DNA from: Clostridia bacterium
Lineage (GTDB): Bacteria > Bacillota > Clostridia > Oscillospirales > CAG-272
Length of the DNA: 64,000 nt
NCBI GenBank assembly: GCA_017508195.1
Contig: JAFVZL010000043.1
Coordinates: forward strand, 108,856 to 172,855
Direction of reading: 5' to 3'
The translations under genes were made by a program, and so were the position numbers. Under the pieces are notes generated by a model. It was not told the origin of the DNA and did no database searches. It was given only the letters and a program-made list of their open reading frames with translations. This document shows, one piece after another, positions 38,385 to 47,053 of this stretch (positions within the stretch are counted from its first letter, which is position 1; the number at the start of each line of letters is the position of its first letter).

Positions 38385-39346
38385 TACTGAATTTCTATGT
38401 TACTCTTGTAGCTCGAGAGCGCGAGAGCAGCAATGCCTACGGCATTATCGCTGGACATTGAAGGCTCTGCAAAATACGCATCGAGCTCATTTTTTATCAT
38501 ATTTTTGATGATGGAGTTACACATTACTCCACCGGCGCAGATCACGGGCGTATCGCCATATGCCAAGATATACTCCTTGAGTGCCGCAATAATAGACCTG
38601 CCTATGAAATCAAATGTAAAGGCAGCGATCTCGGCTGCGTCTTTACCGTCCTTATGCATTCCTCTTGCCATATTCTCGAGCCCCGAGAGATTGAAATGCA
38701 TACCGTTCACTGCAATCTTGCGCTTCGGTATCTTTCCCTCGTATCTGAGAGCCTCCTTTTCAAGGTGTGCACCCGATGGGAAAGGCATACCGAGCATAAC
38801 TCCCACTCTATCAATTACCTGCCCCGCGTTAAGGTCAAGAGTACCTCCGACAAGCTCGGCATCGAAGCCCGAGCCGTTACCGCTCACACGAAGCACTTCG
38901 GTAGTTCCGCCCGAGGCGTGCACCGCCGCAAAGCTACGTTTGAGCAAATCGAGTCTGCCTGATGAATAAAGTGCTGCCATAATATGACCGCACTGATGCG
39001 AGAAGCGGTAAATGGGTGCTCCGAGTGCCGCCGAAAGAGACTCAGCGACTGCCACACCCGAAAGAAAAACGGGCATATATGAGCCATCGACGTTCCGAGG
39101 TCGCGTGCTTACACCTATGGCGCGCACGACACATCCATTGAGATACGGCTCCGCCTGTCTCATGAGAGCGGGCAGATTCTTTGTATGAAGAAAGAGCGCG
39201 TCGGACTGTCTCAGACCGCACTCTCCGGCACCAACCTCGAGCAGCTGCTTTATATTCGCTATCAGCTCACCTTCGGCACTCATTATCGCAACCGAGGTGG
39301 TATAGTTGCTCGTATCGATACCGAGCACTACTTCTTTTCTGCTCAT
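38384..39346 (-). CDS. Uncharacterised Peptidase_M22 / TsaD-TsaB (Kae1-like, ASKHA-fold) family protein
   Basis: 320 aa. The N-terminus VLGIDTSNYTTSVAIM resembles the TsaB/TsaD phosphate-1 motif. SHQCGHIMAA keeps an HxxxH metal-site-like spacing. C-terminal block CAGGVMCN. It is translationally coupled to nusB (ATGA) and to xseA (TAATG). Confidence 0.7.
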   Translation of the reverse strand: MSRKEVVLGIDTSNYTTSVAIMSAEGELIANIKQLLEVGAGECGLRQSDALFLHTKNLPALMRQAEPYLNGCVVRAIGVSTRPRNVDGSYMPVFLSGVAVAESLSAALGAPIYRFSHQCGHIMAALYSSGRLDLLKRSFAAVHASGGTTEVLRVSGNGSGFDAELVGGTLDLNAGQVIDRVGVMLGMPFPSGAHLEKEALRYEGKIPKRKIAVNGMHFNLSGLENMARGMHKDGKDAAEIAAFTFDFIGRSIIAALKEYILAYGDTPVICAGGVMCNSIIKNMIKNELDAYFAEPSMSSDNAVGIAALALSSYKSNIEIQ

Positions 39347-39753
39347 TTTAGACCGAGTTCCTCTGCAACGGCATTGAGAACACCGTTGATAAAGGTATAT
39401 GCCTTATCGTCGTCATACTTTTTAGAAAGCTCGACTGCCTCGTTGATAGCAACCTTATAAGGAACGTCCGCGGCAAACATCATCTCGTAAGTAGCGAGTG
39501 TAAGAAGAGCTCGCGATACGTAAGACAGTCTCTGCTTCTTCCATCCCACAAGACACTTGTCCACCTTCTCATTAATAGCATCGAGGTTATCGATACAGCC
39601 AAAGAAAACGCTCTCGGCATAAGGAGATTTGGAAAAATTGGTGAGCTCCTCTGTGTGAGCAATTATTTCCTCCTTCGTTTCGTTGCCCTTGATGCCGTAC
39701 TCAAACAGCAAAAGAAACGCAGTCTCTCTCGACATGCTTCTGGTCATGATCAT
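39343..39753 (-). CDS. nusB: Transcription antitermination factor NusB
   Basis: SRETAFLLLFEY...RLSYVSRALLTLATYEM. The likely start is ATG at 39753 or 39747, after AAAGGTG; the longer ORF extension to 39867 looks spurious. Confidence 0.88.
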   Translation of the reverse strand: MIMTRSMSRETAFLLLFEYGIKGNETKEEIIAHTEELTNFSKSPYAESVFFGCIDNLDAINEKVDKCLVGWKKQRLSYVSRALLTLATYEMMFAADVPYKVAINEAVELSKKYDDDKAYTFINGVLNAVAEELGLK

Positions 39754-39970
39754 GTTACACCTTTTCACTGAAGATATTTTTATAATTATATTTATTATAC
39801 ATCCACGCGCCCGCTTTGTCAACGGGAGACGGATTAAAAAATTATGAATTATTGCATTTTTATGCATTATTCACTTGCTTTGCAAAAATAAAGAGTAAAG
39901 ACTTGATTTTGCTGCCGGGATATGCTAAAATGATATCTGTGGAATTTTACGCTGAAAGTGAGCTATCCAA

Positions 39971-40423
39971 ATGGAAAAATTCAAGCAGCTTGTGCTAACG
40001 GGCTCGGCATACACCGTGCTCTTCGCACTGATACTATACATATTTTTCTCCTTTAGCGGACTTGGGGAAAACGGAATGGGTATCGACAAATTTCTTCTCG
40101 TGCTCGGCTACGGTATGCTGGTCGCGGGAGCTAACCTGCTCTGTTCCCTAATGAAGATGAGAGAAATATTCAAAAATCTCATTCACTTTGCGATCCTGCT
40201 TGCAGGCTTCATTGTCCTTTACATTTTAACGATGGGTGCATCACAGGTAAATGCGGGAAAAATATTTATCGCATCCTTTATCTTTCTTGCCGTATACGTT
40301 GCGGTAAGATTTGCGGCATACGGCATAAGAAGGCTCACCGGTAAAAACAGTCCCGCAACACCGAAAAAACAGGACTCGAAGCCCGAAAAACCCGTATACA
40401 CCTCGCGCTTCGGAAATAATTAA
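39971..40423 (+). CDS. Hypothetical integral membrane protein (4 predicted TM helices)
   Basis: 150 aa with four hydrophobic segments and a basic C-terminal tail. No family recognised. Confidence 0.55.
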   Translation: MEKFKQLVLTGSAYTVLFALILYIFFSFSGLGENGMGIDKFLLVLGYGMLVAGANLLCSLMKMREIFKNLIHFAILLAGFIVLYILTMGASQVNAGKIFIASFIFLAVYVAVRFAAYGIRRLTGKNSPATPKKQDSKPEKPVYTSRFGNN

Positions 40424-40427
40424 TGAT

Positions 40428-40628
40428 ATGGATATTATAAGATTTTCAGTAGGCGATCAGCTTATAATGAAGAAAAAACACCCGTGCGGCGGTGATATTT
40501 TCAAGGTCATGCGCACGGGCAGTGACGTAAGGCTCATCTGCGAGGGATGCGGCAGAGATATGACGCTCCCCAGAGTCAAGCTTGAAAAATCAATAAAGAG
40601 GGTTATTAATAACCCTCAGGATATGTGA
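40428..40628 (+). CDS. DUF951-family small protein (YyzM-like)
   Basis: 66 aa. MKKKHPCGGDIFKVMRTGSDVRLICEGCGRDMTLPR matches the DUF951 CxxC-containing pattern. Confidence 0.75.
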   Translation: MDIIRFSVGDQLIMKKKHPCGGDIFKVMRTGSDVRLICEGCGRDMTLPRVKLEKSIKRVINNPQDM

Positions 40629-40635
40629 GGAAACT

Positions 40636-41250
40636 ATGTTCTATTATCTTCGCGGAGAGCTAGCTCTCCTTGATACAGGCTTTTGCGTTATAGATTGCGG
40701 CGGTGTCGGATATCAGTTGACCGTCAGCCAGATAACAGCCGAGTCTCTCGCCTCGAAGGTCGGAAAAGAGGTAAAGGTATTCACTTCTCTTGCAGTACGC
40801 GAGGACGGTGTCGAGATGTTCGGCTTCGGTACGACGGACGAAAAGAGCGCGTATACGATGCTCACGAGCGTCAGCGGTGTCGGCCCGAAGGCGGCAATGG
40901 CTATACTTTCGATAATGACACCCGAAAAGCTCGCGCTTGCGGTTGCTACCGAGGATATCAAGAGCATCTCAAAGGCGCAGAATATCGGAAAGAAGACCGC
41001 GGCAAGGATCGTTCTCGAGCTTAAGGACAAGATAGCGAAGGACTTCGTCTCCACCTCGGGCACAAGCTCCGATGCGGGTATTTCGATAGATGTACCCCAC
41101 CAGAAGAGCTCGAATCTTTCCGAGGCATCAGAGGCACTTATGGTGCTGGGATATGATAAAAACACGGTACTTAATGCTCTAAAGAGCATTGACCCCTCGC
41201 TCGATCCCGGCAGTATCATCCGTCTTGCGCTGAAGAAGCTCGCAAGATAA
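40636..41250 (+). CDS. ruvA: Holliday junction branch migration complex subunit RuvA
   Basis: 204 aa. N-terminus MFYYLRGEL, with HhH motifs ([16 protein letters not shown]; [22 protein letters not shown]). Confidence 0.93.
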   Translation: MFYYLRGELALLDTGFCVIDCGGVGYQLTVSQITAESLASKVGKEVKVFTSLAVREDGVEMFGFGTTDEKSAYTMLTSVSGVGPKAAMAILSIMTPEKLALAVATEDIKSISKAQNIGKKTAARIVLELKDKIAKDFVSTSGTSSDAGISIDVPHQKSSNLSEASEALMVLGYDKNTVLNALKSIDPSLDPGSIIRLALKKLAR

Positions 41251-41275
41251 CTCCACAAGAAAGGAGAAGGCAGCT

Positions 41276-42352
41276 ATGATGGAAGAAGTAAATGAGTTCG
41301 ATTTTGAAAATCGGATTCTCTCAAACGAATATGATGCAAATCAGGACTCCGAGGTAGAAAATAATCTGCGCCCCAAGGTGCTCGACGACTATATCGGTCA
41401 GGAGCAGATAAAGGCGAATCTCAGAGTCTACATAGAGAGCGCGAAGCTCAGGAGCGAGGCTCTTGACCACGTTCTTCTCTACGGCCCTCCCGGTCTTGGT
41501 AAAACCACGCTATCGGGCATAATTGCAAACGAGATGGGTGTAAATATCAGAACGACCTCGGGTCCCGCTATTGAGAAGCCCGGCGACCTCGCATCGATAC
41601 TCACAAATCTTCAGGACGGTGACGTTCTTTTCATCGATGAGATACACAGACTCACACGCGCAGTAGAAGAAATACTCTACCCTGCGATGGAGGACTACGC
41701 GATAGATATCATCATCGGTAAGGGACCGAGCGCACGCTCGATAAGACTGCCCATTCCGAAGTTCACGCTTATTGGCGCGACCACCAGAGCAGGTCAGCTT
41801 ACCACCCCGCTCCGCGACCGCTTTGGCGTGCTGTTCAGACTCGAGCTCTACACCACCGACGAGCTCGCAACTATAGTTAAGCGCTCGGCATCGATTCTCG
41901 AGATAGACATTACCGACGACGGAGCCAAGGCAATAGCATCGAGATCGCGAGGCACTCCGAGAATCGCGAACAGACTTCTTAAGAGAGTACGCGACTTCGC
42001 TATAATAAAGGGTGACGGAGTTATTACCCCCGATATTGCTAAATACGCGCTCGAATCGCTCGAGATCGACGAGCTCGGTCTCGATAACATCGACCGCAGA
42101 ATGCTCGAGGCTATCATCAAGTACTACTCGGGCGGTCCCGTCGGACTCGAAACCCTTGCCGCGACCATAGGTGAGGAGGCTATAACCATCGAGGACGTTT
42201 ACGAGCCATATCTTATGCAGATAGGCTTCCTTGCAAGAACTCCGAGAGGCAGATGTGCTACCCGTCTTGCATACGAGCATCTCGGAATTCCCTTCTTCAC
42301 AAACGGTGGCTCCAAGCAGGCTCCCGGTCAGAGCTCGATGCAGTTCGATTGA
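41276..42352 (+). CDS. ruvB: Holliday junction branch migration DNA helicase RuvB
   Basis: 358 aa. [12 protein letters not shown], Walker [10 protein letters not shown], Walker [10 protein letters not shown], sensor TTRAG. Confidence 0.95.
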   Translation: MMEEVNEFDFENRILSNEYDANQDSEVENNLRPKVLDDYIGQEQIKANLRVYIESAKLRSEALDHVLLYGPPGLGKTTLSGIIANEMGVNIRTTSGPAIEKPGDLASILTNLQDGDVLFIDEIHRLTRAVEEILYPAMEDYAIDIIIGKGPSARSIRLPIPKFTLIGATTRAGQLTTPLRDRFGVLFRLELYTTDELATIVKRSASILEIDITDDGAKAIASRSRGTPRIANRLLKRVRDFAIIKGDGVITPDIAKYALESLEIDELGLDNIDRRMLEAIIKYYSGGPVGLETLAATIGEEAITIEDVYEPYLMQIGFLARTPRGRCATRLAYEHLGIPFFTNGGSKQAPGQSSMQFD

Positions 42353-42430
42353 TGTCCCGAATAACCCAAATCTCAAACAAAAAAGTTGCTCAAATTATAG
42401 ATGGCAATATCAGATACAAAACGAAAAATC

Positions 42431-42466
42431 AAAAGAGAACGAGTCACTTCGACTCGTTCTCTTTTT
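42431..42466. terminator. Bidirectional terminator between ruvB and rpe
   Basis: AAAAGAGAACGAGTC-acttc-GACTCGTTCTCTTTT: a 15-bp stem including the flanking A/T runs. Confidence 0.85.
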
Positions 42467-42516
42467 AGCAAAAAAGCAATTCTGCTTCGATTTATTTTTC
42501 GAATACAAGATTTCTC

Positions 42517-43158
42517 TTATCTCAAAGCGTCAATGGCAGCGCGTCTGTCCTGCGCCTTGAATACCGAGCTTCCTGCAACGAGAACGTTAGCTCCCGCCTC
42601 CTTTACGAGCTTCGCAGTCTCGGGATTTATACCACCGTCAACCTCGATATCCACGTCAAGACCGCGACGTGTAATCTCCTCTCTCAGCGCCTTGATCTTG
42701 GGGAGCATTTCGGGCATGAAGGACTGTCCGCCATAGCCGGGCTCGACAGTCATAACAAGCACCATATCGAGCTTATCGAGAAGGTGATAAATTGCCTCGG
42801 GCGCAGTTGCAGGCTTTATCGAAACGGCCGCCTTTACGCCTCTTGCTTTGATGGCATCGATAAGCGCCTCGGGATCATCACATGCCTCAAGATGGAATGT
42901 GACGATATCAGCACCCGCATCGATAAAGCGCTCTGCGTACTTCTCGGGATGAACTATCATAAGGTGAACATCAAAAATGATCTCTGAATGCTTACGGAGT
43001 GCCTCAATAACGGGCATACCAAATGACATGTTCGGAACAAACACACCGTCCATAACGTCAAGGTGAGCCATTTCAGCGCCCGCCTTGTATATAACCTCTA
43101 CCTCATCGGCAAGGCGCGCAAGATCGGATGCAAGCACTGAGGGTGAAATCTTAACCAT
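42517..43158 (-). CDS. rpe: Ribulose-phosphate 3-epimerase
   Basis: 213 aa. HLDVMDGVFVPN, MTVEPGYGGQSF, VDGGIN. Confidence 0.95.
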   Translation of the reverse strand: MVKISPSVLASDLARLADEVEVIYKAGAEMAHLDVMDGVFVPNMSFGMPVIEALRKHSEIIFDVHLMIVHPEKYAERFIDAGADIVTFHLEACDDPEALIDAIKARGVKAAVSIKPATAPEAIYHLLDKLDMVLVMTVEPGYGGQSFMPEMLPKIKALREEITRRGLDVDIEVDGGINPETAKLVKEAGANVLVAGSSVFKAQDRRAAIDALR

Positions 43159-43302
43159 AGTCTTTTACCTCTTGTATCATTATATTATTTTTTGAATAAA
43201 CTGAGTTTTGAAAACACAAAGTGGGGGATTGGTGCCGACTTTCAAGAAATAAGACGTAGAAACATTCGCCACTCTCCCGCTTTTTTATATACAAATGAAA
43301 TC

Positions 43303-43788
43303 TTATTTATTTAGCTCTAAAAGAGCTACTGCGTGGGCTGCCGCGCCTTCGCCGCTGCCAGTAAAGCCGAGATGCTCCTCCGTGGTCGCCTTTATGTTTA
43401 CACGCGACAAGTCTGCACCGATGGCAAAGGCAATATTCCTTCTCATATCCGCGATATAGGGCGCAAGCTTCGGCTTCTCTATCACAACAGTTGCATCCAG
43501 ATTGACAAGCTCTGCTCCCTCTTTTATCATTATCTCGTGTACGAGCGAGAGCAAATGCATACTGCTGATGCCCTTATATCTTTCGTCAGAATCGGGAAAA
43601 TGCTTTCCGATATCCCCAAGAGCGAGCGCGCCGATTATCGCATCCATCACCGCATGTATTAGAACGTCGGCATCCGAGTGTCCGAGAAGTCCCTTCTCAT
43701 ATGGGATCTCAACACCACCGATAACGAGCTTTCTCGACTCGGTGAGCCTATGAACGTCATATCCGTGTCCGATACGTAGCTGACACAT
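43303..43788 (-). CDS. ispF: 2-C-methyl-D-erythritol 2,4-cyclodiphosphate synthase
   Basis: 161 aa. RIGHGYDVHRL, GHSDADVLIHA. Confidence 0.95.
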   Translation of the reverse strand: MCQLRIGHGYDVHRLTESRKLVIGGVEIPYEKGLLGHSDADVLIHAVMDAIIGALALGDIGKHFPDSDERYKGISSMHLLSLVHEIMIKEGAELVNLDATVVIEKPKLAPYIADMRRNIAFAIGADLSRVNIKATTEEHLGFTGSGEGAAAHAVALLELNK

Positions 43789-44513
43789 TACCGAAAATCT
43801 CCTTTTAATAGATATTCCGCATACGCGATATCCTCGCGCGTGGTTATTTTTATGTTGCTGCGTCCAACCTCAACGGCTCTGACGGCGACTCCCGAGAGCT
43901 CGACTAACATATTATCATCCGTTATACTCTCTGTAAGCTCGGTCATACCGAGCGCTTTTTTATATATTTCACAAGAAAAGACCTGAGGCGTTGCGGCGGC
44001 TCTTAAGGTAGATCTATCAAGCGTTGCCGTAATTATTCCCTCATTGTCAACCACCTTAACGGTGTCGGTCACGGGGGTGACGGCGCTCGCGGCACCGAAC
44101 TCCCTAGCAACAGATACAACCGAGGATATTTCCTCGGGCTTGATCAGCGCGCGTGCAGCATCGTGAATTGCTACCAGCTCCGTATCGGACGGGATAGCAG
44201 CAAAACCGCGTTTCGCAGACTCAGCGCGGCAACTGCCGCCCACGACAGAAGTATAAACCTTCTTGAATTTTTCGCACTCACCGATTGCAAACTCTTCTTC
44301 ACCTTTTCTGTAAACGACGACTACGTCGTCAATATCCTCGCAGTCCTCGAACGCCCTGAGTGCGTGATACAGTATAGACCTGCCCATGACGGTCAGCTGC
44401 TGCTTGCTCACGGACAAGCCCATTCTCGAGCCCATGCCGCCGGCGAGAACGATACCGCATACTCTGCCTTTTTTTTCGCTTTTCACGGGTCGGTCTCCTT
44501 TCTTCATAATCAC
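43788..44513 (-). CDS. ispD: 2-C-methyl-D-erythritol 4-phosphate cytidylyltransferase
   Basis: 241 aa. LAGGMGSRMG signature. The stop overlaps the ispF start. Confidence 0.92.
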   Translation of the reverse strand: MIMKKGDRPVKSEKKGRVCGIVLAGGMGSRMGLSVSKQQLTVMGRSILYHALRAFEDCEDIDDVVVVYRKGEEEFAIGECEKFKKVYTSVVGGSCRAESAKRGFAAIPSDTELVAIHDAARALIKPEEISSVVSVAREFGAASAVTPVTDTVKVVDNEGIITATLDRSTLRAAATPQVFSCEIYKKALGMTELTESITDDNMLVELSGVAVRAVEVGRSNIKITTREDIAYAEYLLKGDFR

Positions 44514-44527
44514 TACTATTGTTTACA

Positions 44528-44866
44528 TTACTTTCGGTAATACACGAAGTGTACGGTAACTGTACGCATCCTTCCGTCCTCGAGCTTATTCGGGCCTGAT
44601 ATGATCACACCGTTTCCGCTCATGAGCCAACTTATGTCGGTACTCTTTACAGGAATAACAAGAAGCCTCTCTCCCGATGTGTCGACGATGAGGTCATCTC
44701 CGACAACAGATACGGATCCGCCGCGGCCAACGATATCCTCGTTACCGTCATGGCGCTCAGTCACATACTTCACCGCCTGTCCGTGTACCTTTTTAGCCTC
44801 CTCTATCCTGTATGCTGCAGTACCTGGCTTTTTGCCTATACCGAATAACTTTTTCCAAAAAGACAT
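44528..44866 (-). CDS. Hypothetical small protein (112 aa) leading the ispDF operon
   Basis: AAGGA RBS and coding-like composition. No family recognised. Confidence 0.55.
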   Translation of the reverse strand: MSFWKKLFGIGKKPGTAAYRIEEAKKVHGQAVKYVTERHDGNEDIVGRGGSVSVVGDDLIVDTSGERLLVIPVKSTDISWLMSGNGVIISGPNKLEDGRMRTVTVHFVYYRK

Positions 44867-44987
44867 TTCATCACATCCTTACACCGATATTCTACCACAA
44901 ATCCCTCCCTTTTGGAAGTCCTTTTCGGAGATTTTTTCTTTTCTCGGAAAATCATTCAAAAAAATTTCACTTTTTTTCTTAAAACCC

Positions 44988-45016
44988 TTGATTTTCCCTT
45001 ACGGATGTATTATAAT
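44988..45016 (+). promoter_or_regulatory. dcw-cluster (Pmra-like) sigma-A promoter
   Basis: TTGATT (44988-44993), a 17-nt spacer, then TATAAT (45011-45016). It lies ~100 nt upstream of mraZ. Confidence 0.65.
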
Positions 45017-45022
45017 GTATAC

Positions 45023-45050
45023 GAAGTGGGGCAAAGTGGAGCAAAATTCC
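45023..45050 (+). promoter_or_regulatory. Putative MraZ operator (10-bp-phased GTGG repeats)
   Basis: GAAGTGGGGC AAAGTGGAGC AAAATTCCCC, immediately downstream of the -10 box. MraZ proteins are known to bind phased GTGGG/AAAGTGG-type direct repeats overlapping their own promoter. Confidence 0.5.
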
Positions 45051-45117
45051 CCATTTTCCCATTAATTGACCGTCAGCGCCCAAAAAAGTGCTGAAATTCA
45101 AGGAAAGGAGGGGTCAA

Positions 45118-45540
45118 ATGTCCTTCGTCGGTTCATATAAGCATTCGTTAGACTCTAAAAAGCGTATATTCATACCGTCAAAGTTCCGCGAGGACCTAGG
45201 TGATGAGTTCTACATCACGCGTAAGTTTGACACCTATCTTTCGATATACACTGCCGATGAGTGGCAGGCTTACGTCGAAAAGATCGAGAAGCTTCCGGAA
45301 TCGGAGGCGGTTGAGATACAGGACTTCTTACTCGGTGCGGCGCAGAAATGCGCTCCCGATTCGAGCGGCCGTATCATTCTTGACGACCAGCTTGCAAGGC
45401 ACGCAGGCATAAAGAAAAACGTCGTTTTCGTCGGAGTCGGAAAGCAGATCCGCATCTGGGCCGAGGAGGTCTGGAGCGAGCGCGAGCAGACACGCGACTT
45501 CACGAAGATGCGCGAGATAATGAAGCAGTACGGACTTTAA
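45118..45540 (+). CDS. mraZ: Transcriptional regulator MraZ
   Basis: ATG at 45118 follows AAGGAAAGGAGG. Duplicated SpoVT/AbrB-like DxxxR motifs (LDSKKRIFIPSKFR; DSSGRIILDDQLARH). Confidence 0.92.
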   Translation: MSFVGSYKHSLDSKKRIFIPSKFREDLGDEFYITRKFDTYLSIYTADEWQAYVEKIEKLPESEAVEIQDFLLGAAQKCAPDSSGRIILDDQLARHAGIKKNVVFVGVGKQIRIWAEEVWSEREQTRDFTKMREIMKQYGL

Positions 45541-45564
45541 TCAGCGAGGGAGGTAAAAGAGGAT

Positions 45565-46509
45565 ATGTCGGATATACATTTTTCGCACACCTCTGTTCTC
45601 CTTTACGAATGCATTGAAGCACTCAATATCCGCGACGGATATACATATGTAGACTGCACGGCAGGCGGCGGAGGACACTCGCTCGAGATCGCGAAGAGAA
45701 TGGGAAATAATTCCCGTCTTATCTGCTTCGACCGCGACAAGAACGCAATTGCAGCGGCAACTAAAAGGCTTGAGGGATACCTCGACCGTGTGACCTTTGT
45801 AAACGAAAACTTCTCTTCTCTCGGAGAGGTGCTCGACAGAATGGGCATCGATAATCTCGGCGGAGTTCTTGCCGACCTCGGATGCTCCTCGCACCAATTC
45901 GACGTAGCCGAGCGCGGATTCAGCTATATGCAGGATGCACCGCTCGATATGAGAATGGATACCGATGCTCCCCTTTCGGCATACAACGTTGTAAACGAGT
46001 ATTCCGAGTCCGATCTGAAAAGAATAATCTATGAGTTCGGCGAGGAGAGATTCGCACCTAAGATAGCACAGCTTATAGTGAGGCAACGCGAGGAGTCACC
46101 CATAAAGACTACTCATCAGCTATCGGACATAATAAAGGCTGCTATTCCCCCGCAAAAGAGAGCCGACGGTCCTCATCCCGCAAAAAGAACCTTCCAGGCT
46201 ATCCGTATCGAAGTAAACGGAGAGCTTGATGCCATCAAGCCGCTGATAAGCTCGGCGGTTACAAGACTTGTTCCGGGCGGAAGAATTGCAATAATATCCT
46301 TCCACTCGCTCGAGGACAGGCTTGTTAAGCTCGGATACAGAGAGCTTATGCAGGGCTGCACCTGTCCCAAGGACTTCCCCATTTGTATCTGCGGTGGGAA
46401 GCCTAAGATCAAAGATCTTACAAAAAAGCCGATACTCCCCACAGACGGAGAGCTCGAGGCTAATCCGCGCGCAAGAAGCGCAAAGCTGCGCGTAGCAGAA
46501 AAAATTTAA
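45565..46509 (+). CDS. rsmH: 16S rRNA (cytosine1402-N4)-methyltransferase
   Basis: 314 aa. HTSVLLYECIEAL, DCTAGGGGHS, SFHSLEDR. Confidence 0.95.
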   Translation: MSDIHFSHTSVLLYECIEALNIRDGYTYVDCTAGGGGHSLEIAKRMGNNSRLICFDRDKNAIAAATKRLEGYLDRVTFVNENFSSLGEVLDRMGIDNLGGVLADLGCSSHQFDVAERGFSYMQDAPLDMRMDTDAPLSAYNVVNEYSESDLKRIIYEFGEERFAPKIAQLIVRQREESPIKTTHQLSDIIKAAIPPQKRADGPHPAKRTFQAIRIEVNGELDAIKPLISSAVTRLVPGGRIAIISFHSLEDRLVKLGYRELMQGCTCPKDFPICICGGKPKIKDLTKKPILPTDGELEANPRARSAKLRVAEKI

Positions 46510-46523
46510 AGGAGTAGACTAAA

Positions 46524-46964
46524 ATGACATCTGTTAAGAATCCCTATGATACCTTATATGAGAATCTCAAGGATAGATTTACCGTTGTTTACGAGGGCTG
46601 CGACTGCACTCTCGGAGATTATATGTTAATAAAAGCCGGCAAGCAGCAAGAAGCAGAGTCATCTCTCCCTGCTCCTGTCCAAGAGCCTAAGCAGCCCGCA
46701 CTCACGGCAATAGTTGAGTACGTGACAACGCAGCTCACGGTTAAGAGCGCTCCGAAGAAGGACAACACAATTCGGCGCTTCCCTCTCCGCTCGTCTATGT
46801 CTGCAGTATTTACTGCGGTGGCAACCTGTGCGCTCGTATTCTCATTCGGAATATTTGCTCTGCGCGGCTCGGGTGTTCTCGCGCCCTATACCGCTGACAC
46901 CTCTGAGGTTGAGGTAGCTCCCGAGACCGACGAGAATGTCGAGAATGAATCGAACGGTAACTGA
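46524..46964 (+). CDS. Hypothetical single-pass membrane protein occupying the ftsL position of the dcw cluster
   Basis: 146 aa with an AAAGGAG RBS. One TM helix near residue ~100 (AVFTAVATCALVFSFGIFAL) and an acidic C-terminal tail. This topology is unlike canonical FtsL, which has an N-proximal TM helix and an extracellular coiled coil. Confidence 0.6.
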   Translation: MTSVKNPYDTLYENLKDRFTVVYEGCDCTLGDYMLIKAGKQQEAESSLPAPVQEPKQPALTAIVEYVTTQLTVKSAPKKDNTIRRFPLRSSMSAVFTAVATCALVFSFGIFALRGSGVLAPYTADTSEVEVAPETDENVENESNGN

Positions 46965-47000
46965 TATTTTCATTCTAAACTTAATAATCTTTACATATTA

Positions 47001-47037
47001 TATAGCGATAGCTTCGGCTGTCGCTATATTTTTTTTA
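47001..47037 (+). terminator. Strong intrinsic terminator/attenuator inside the dcw cluster
   Basis: TATAGCGATAGC-ttcg-GCTGTCGCTATA: a 12-bp stem with one G-U pair and a UUCG tetraloop, followed by T8. The pbp RBS follows ~10 nt later. Confidence 0.8.
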
Positions 47038-47053
47038 TTTTTTCGGAGGACCG

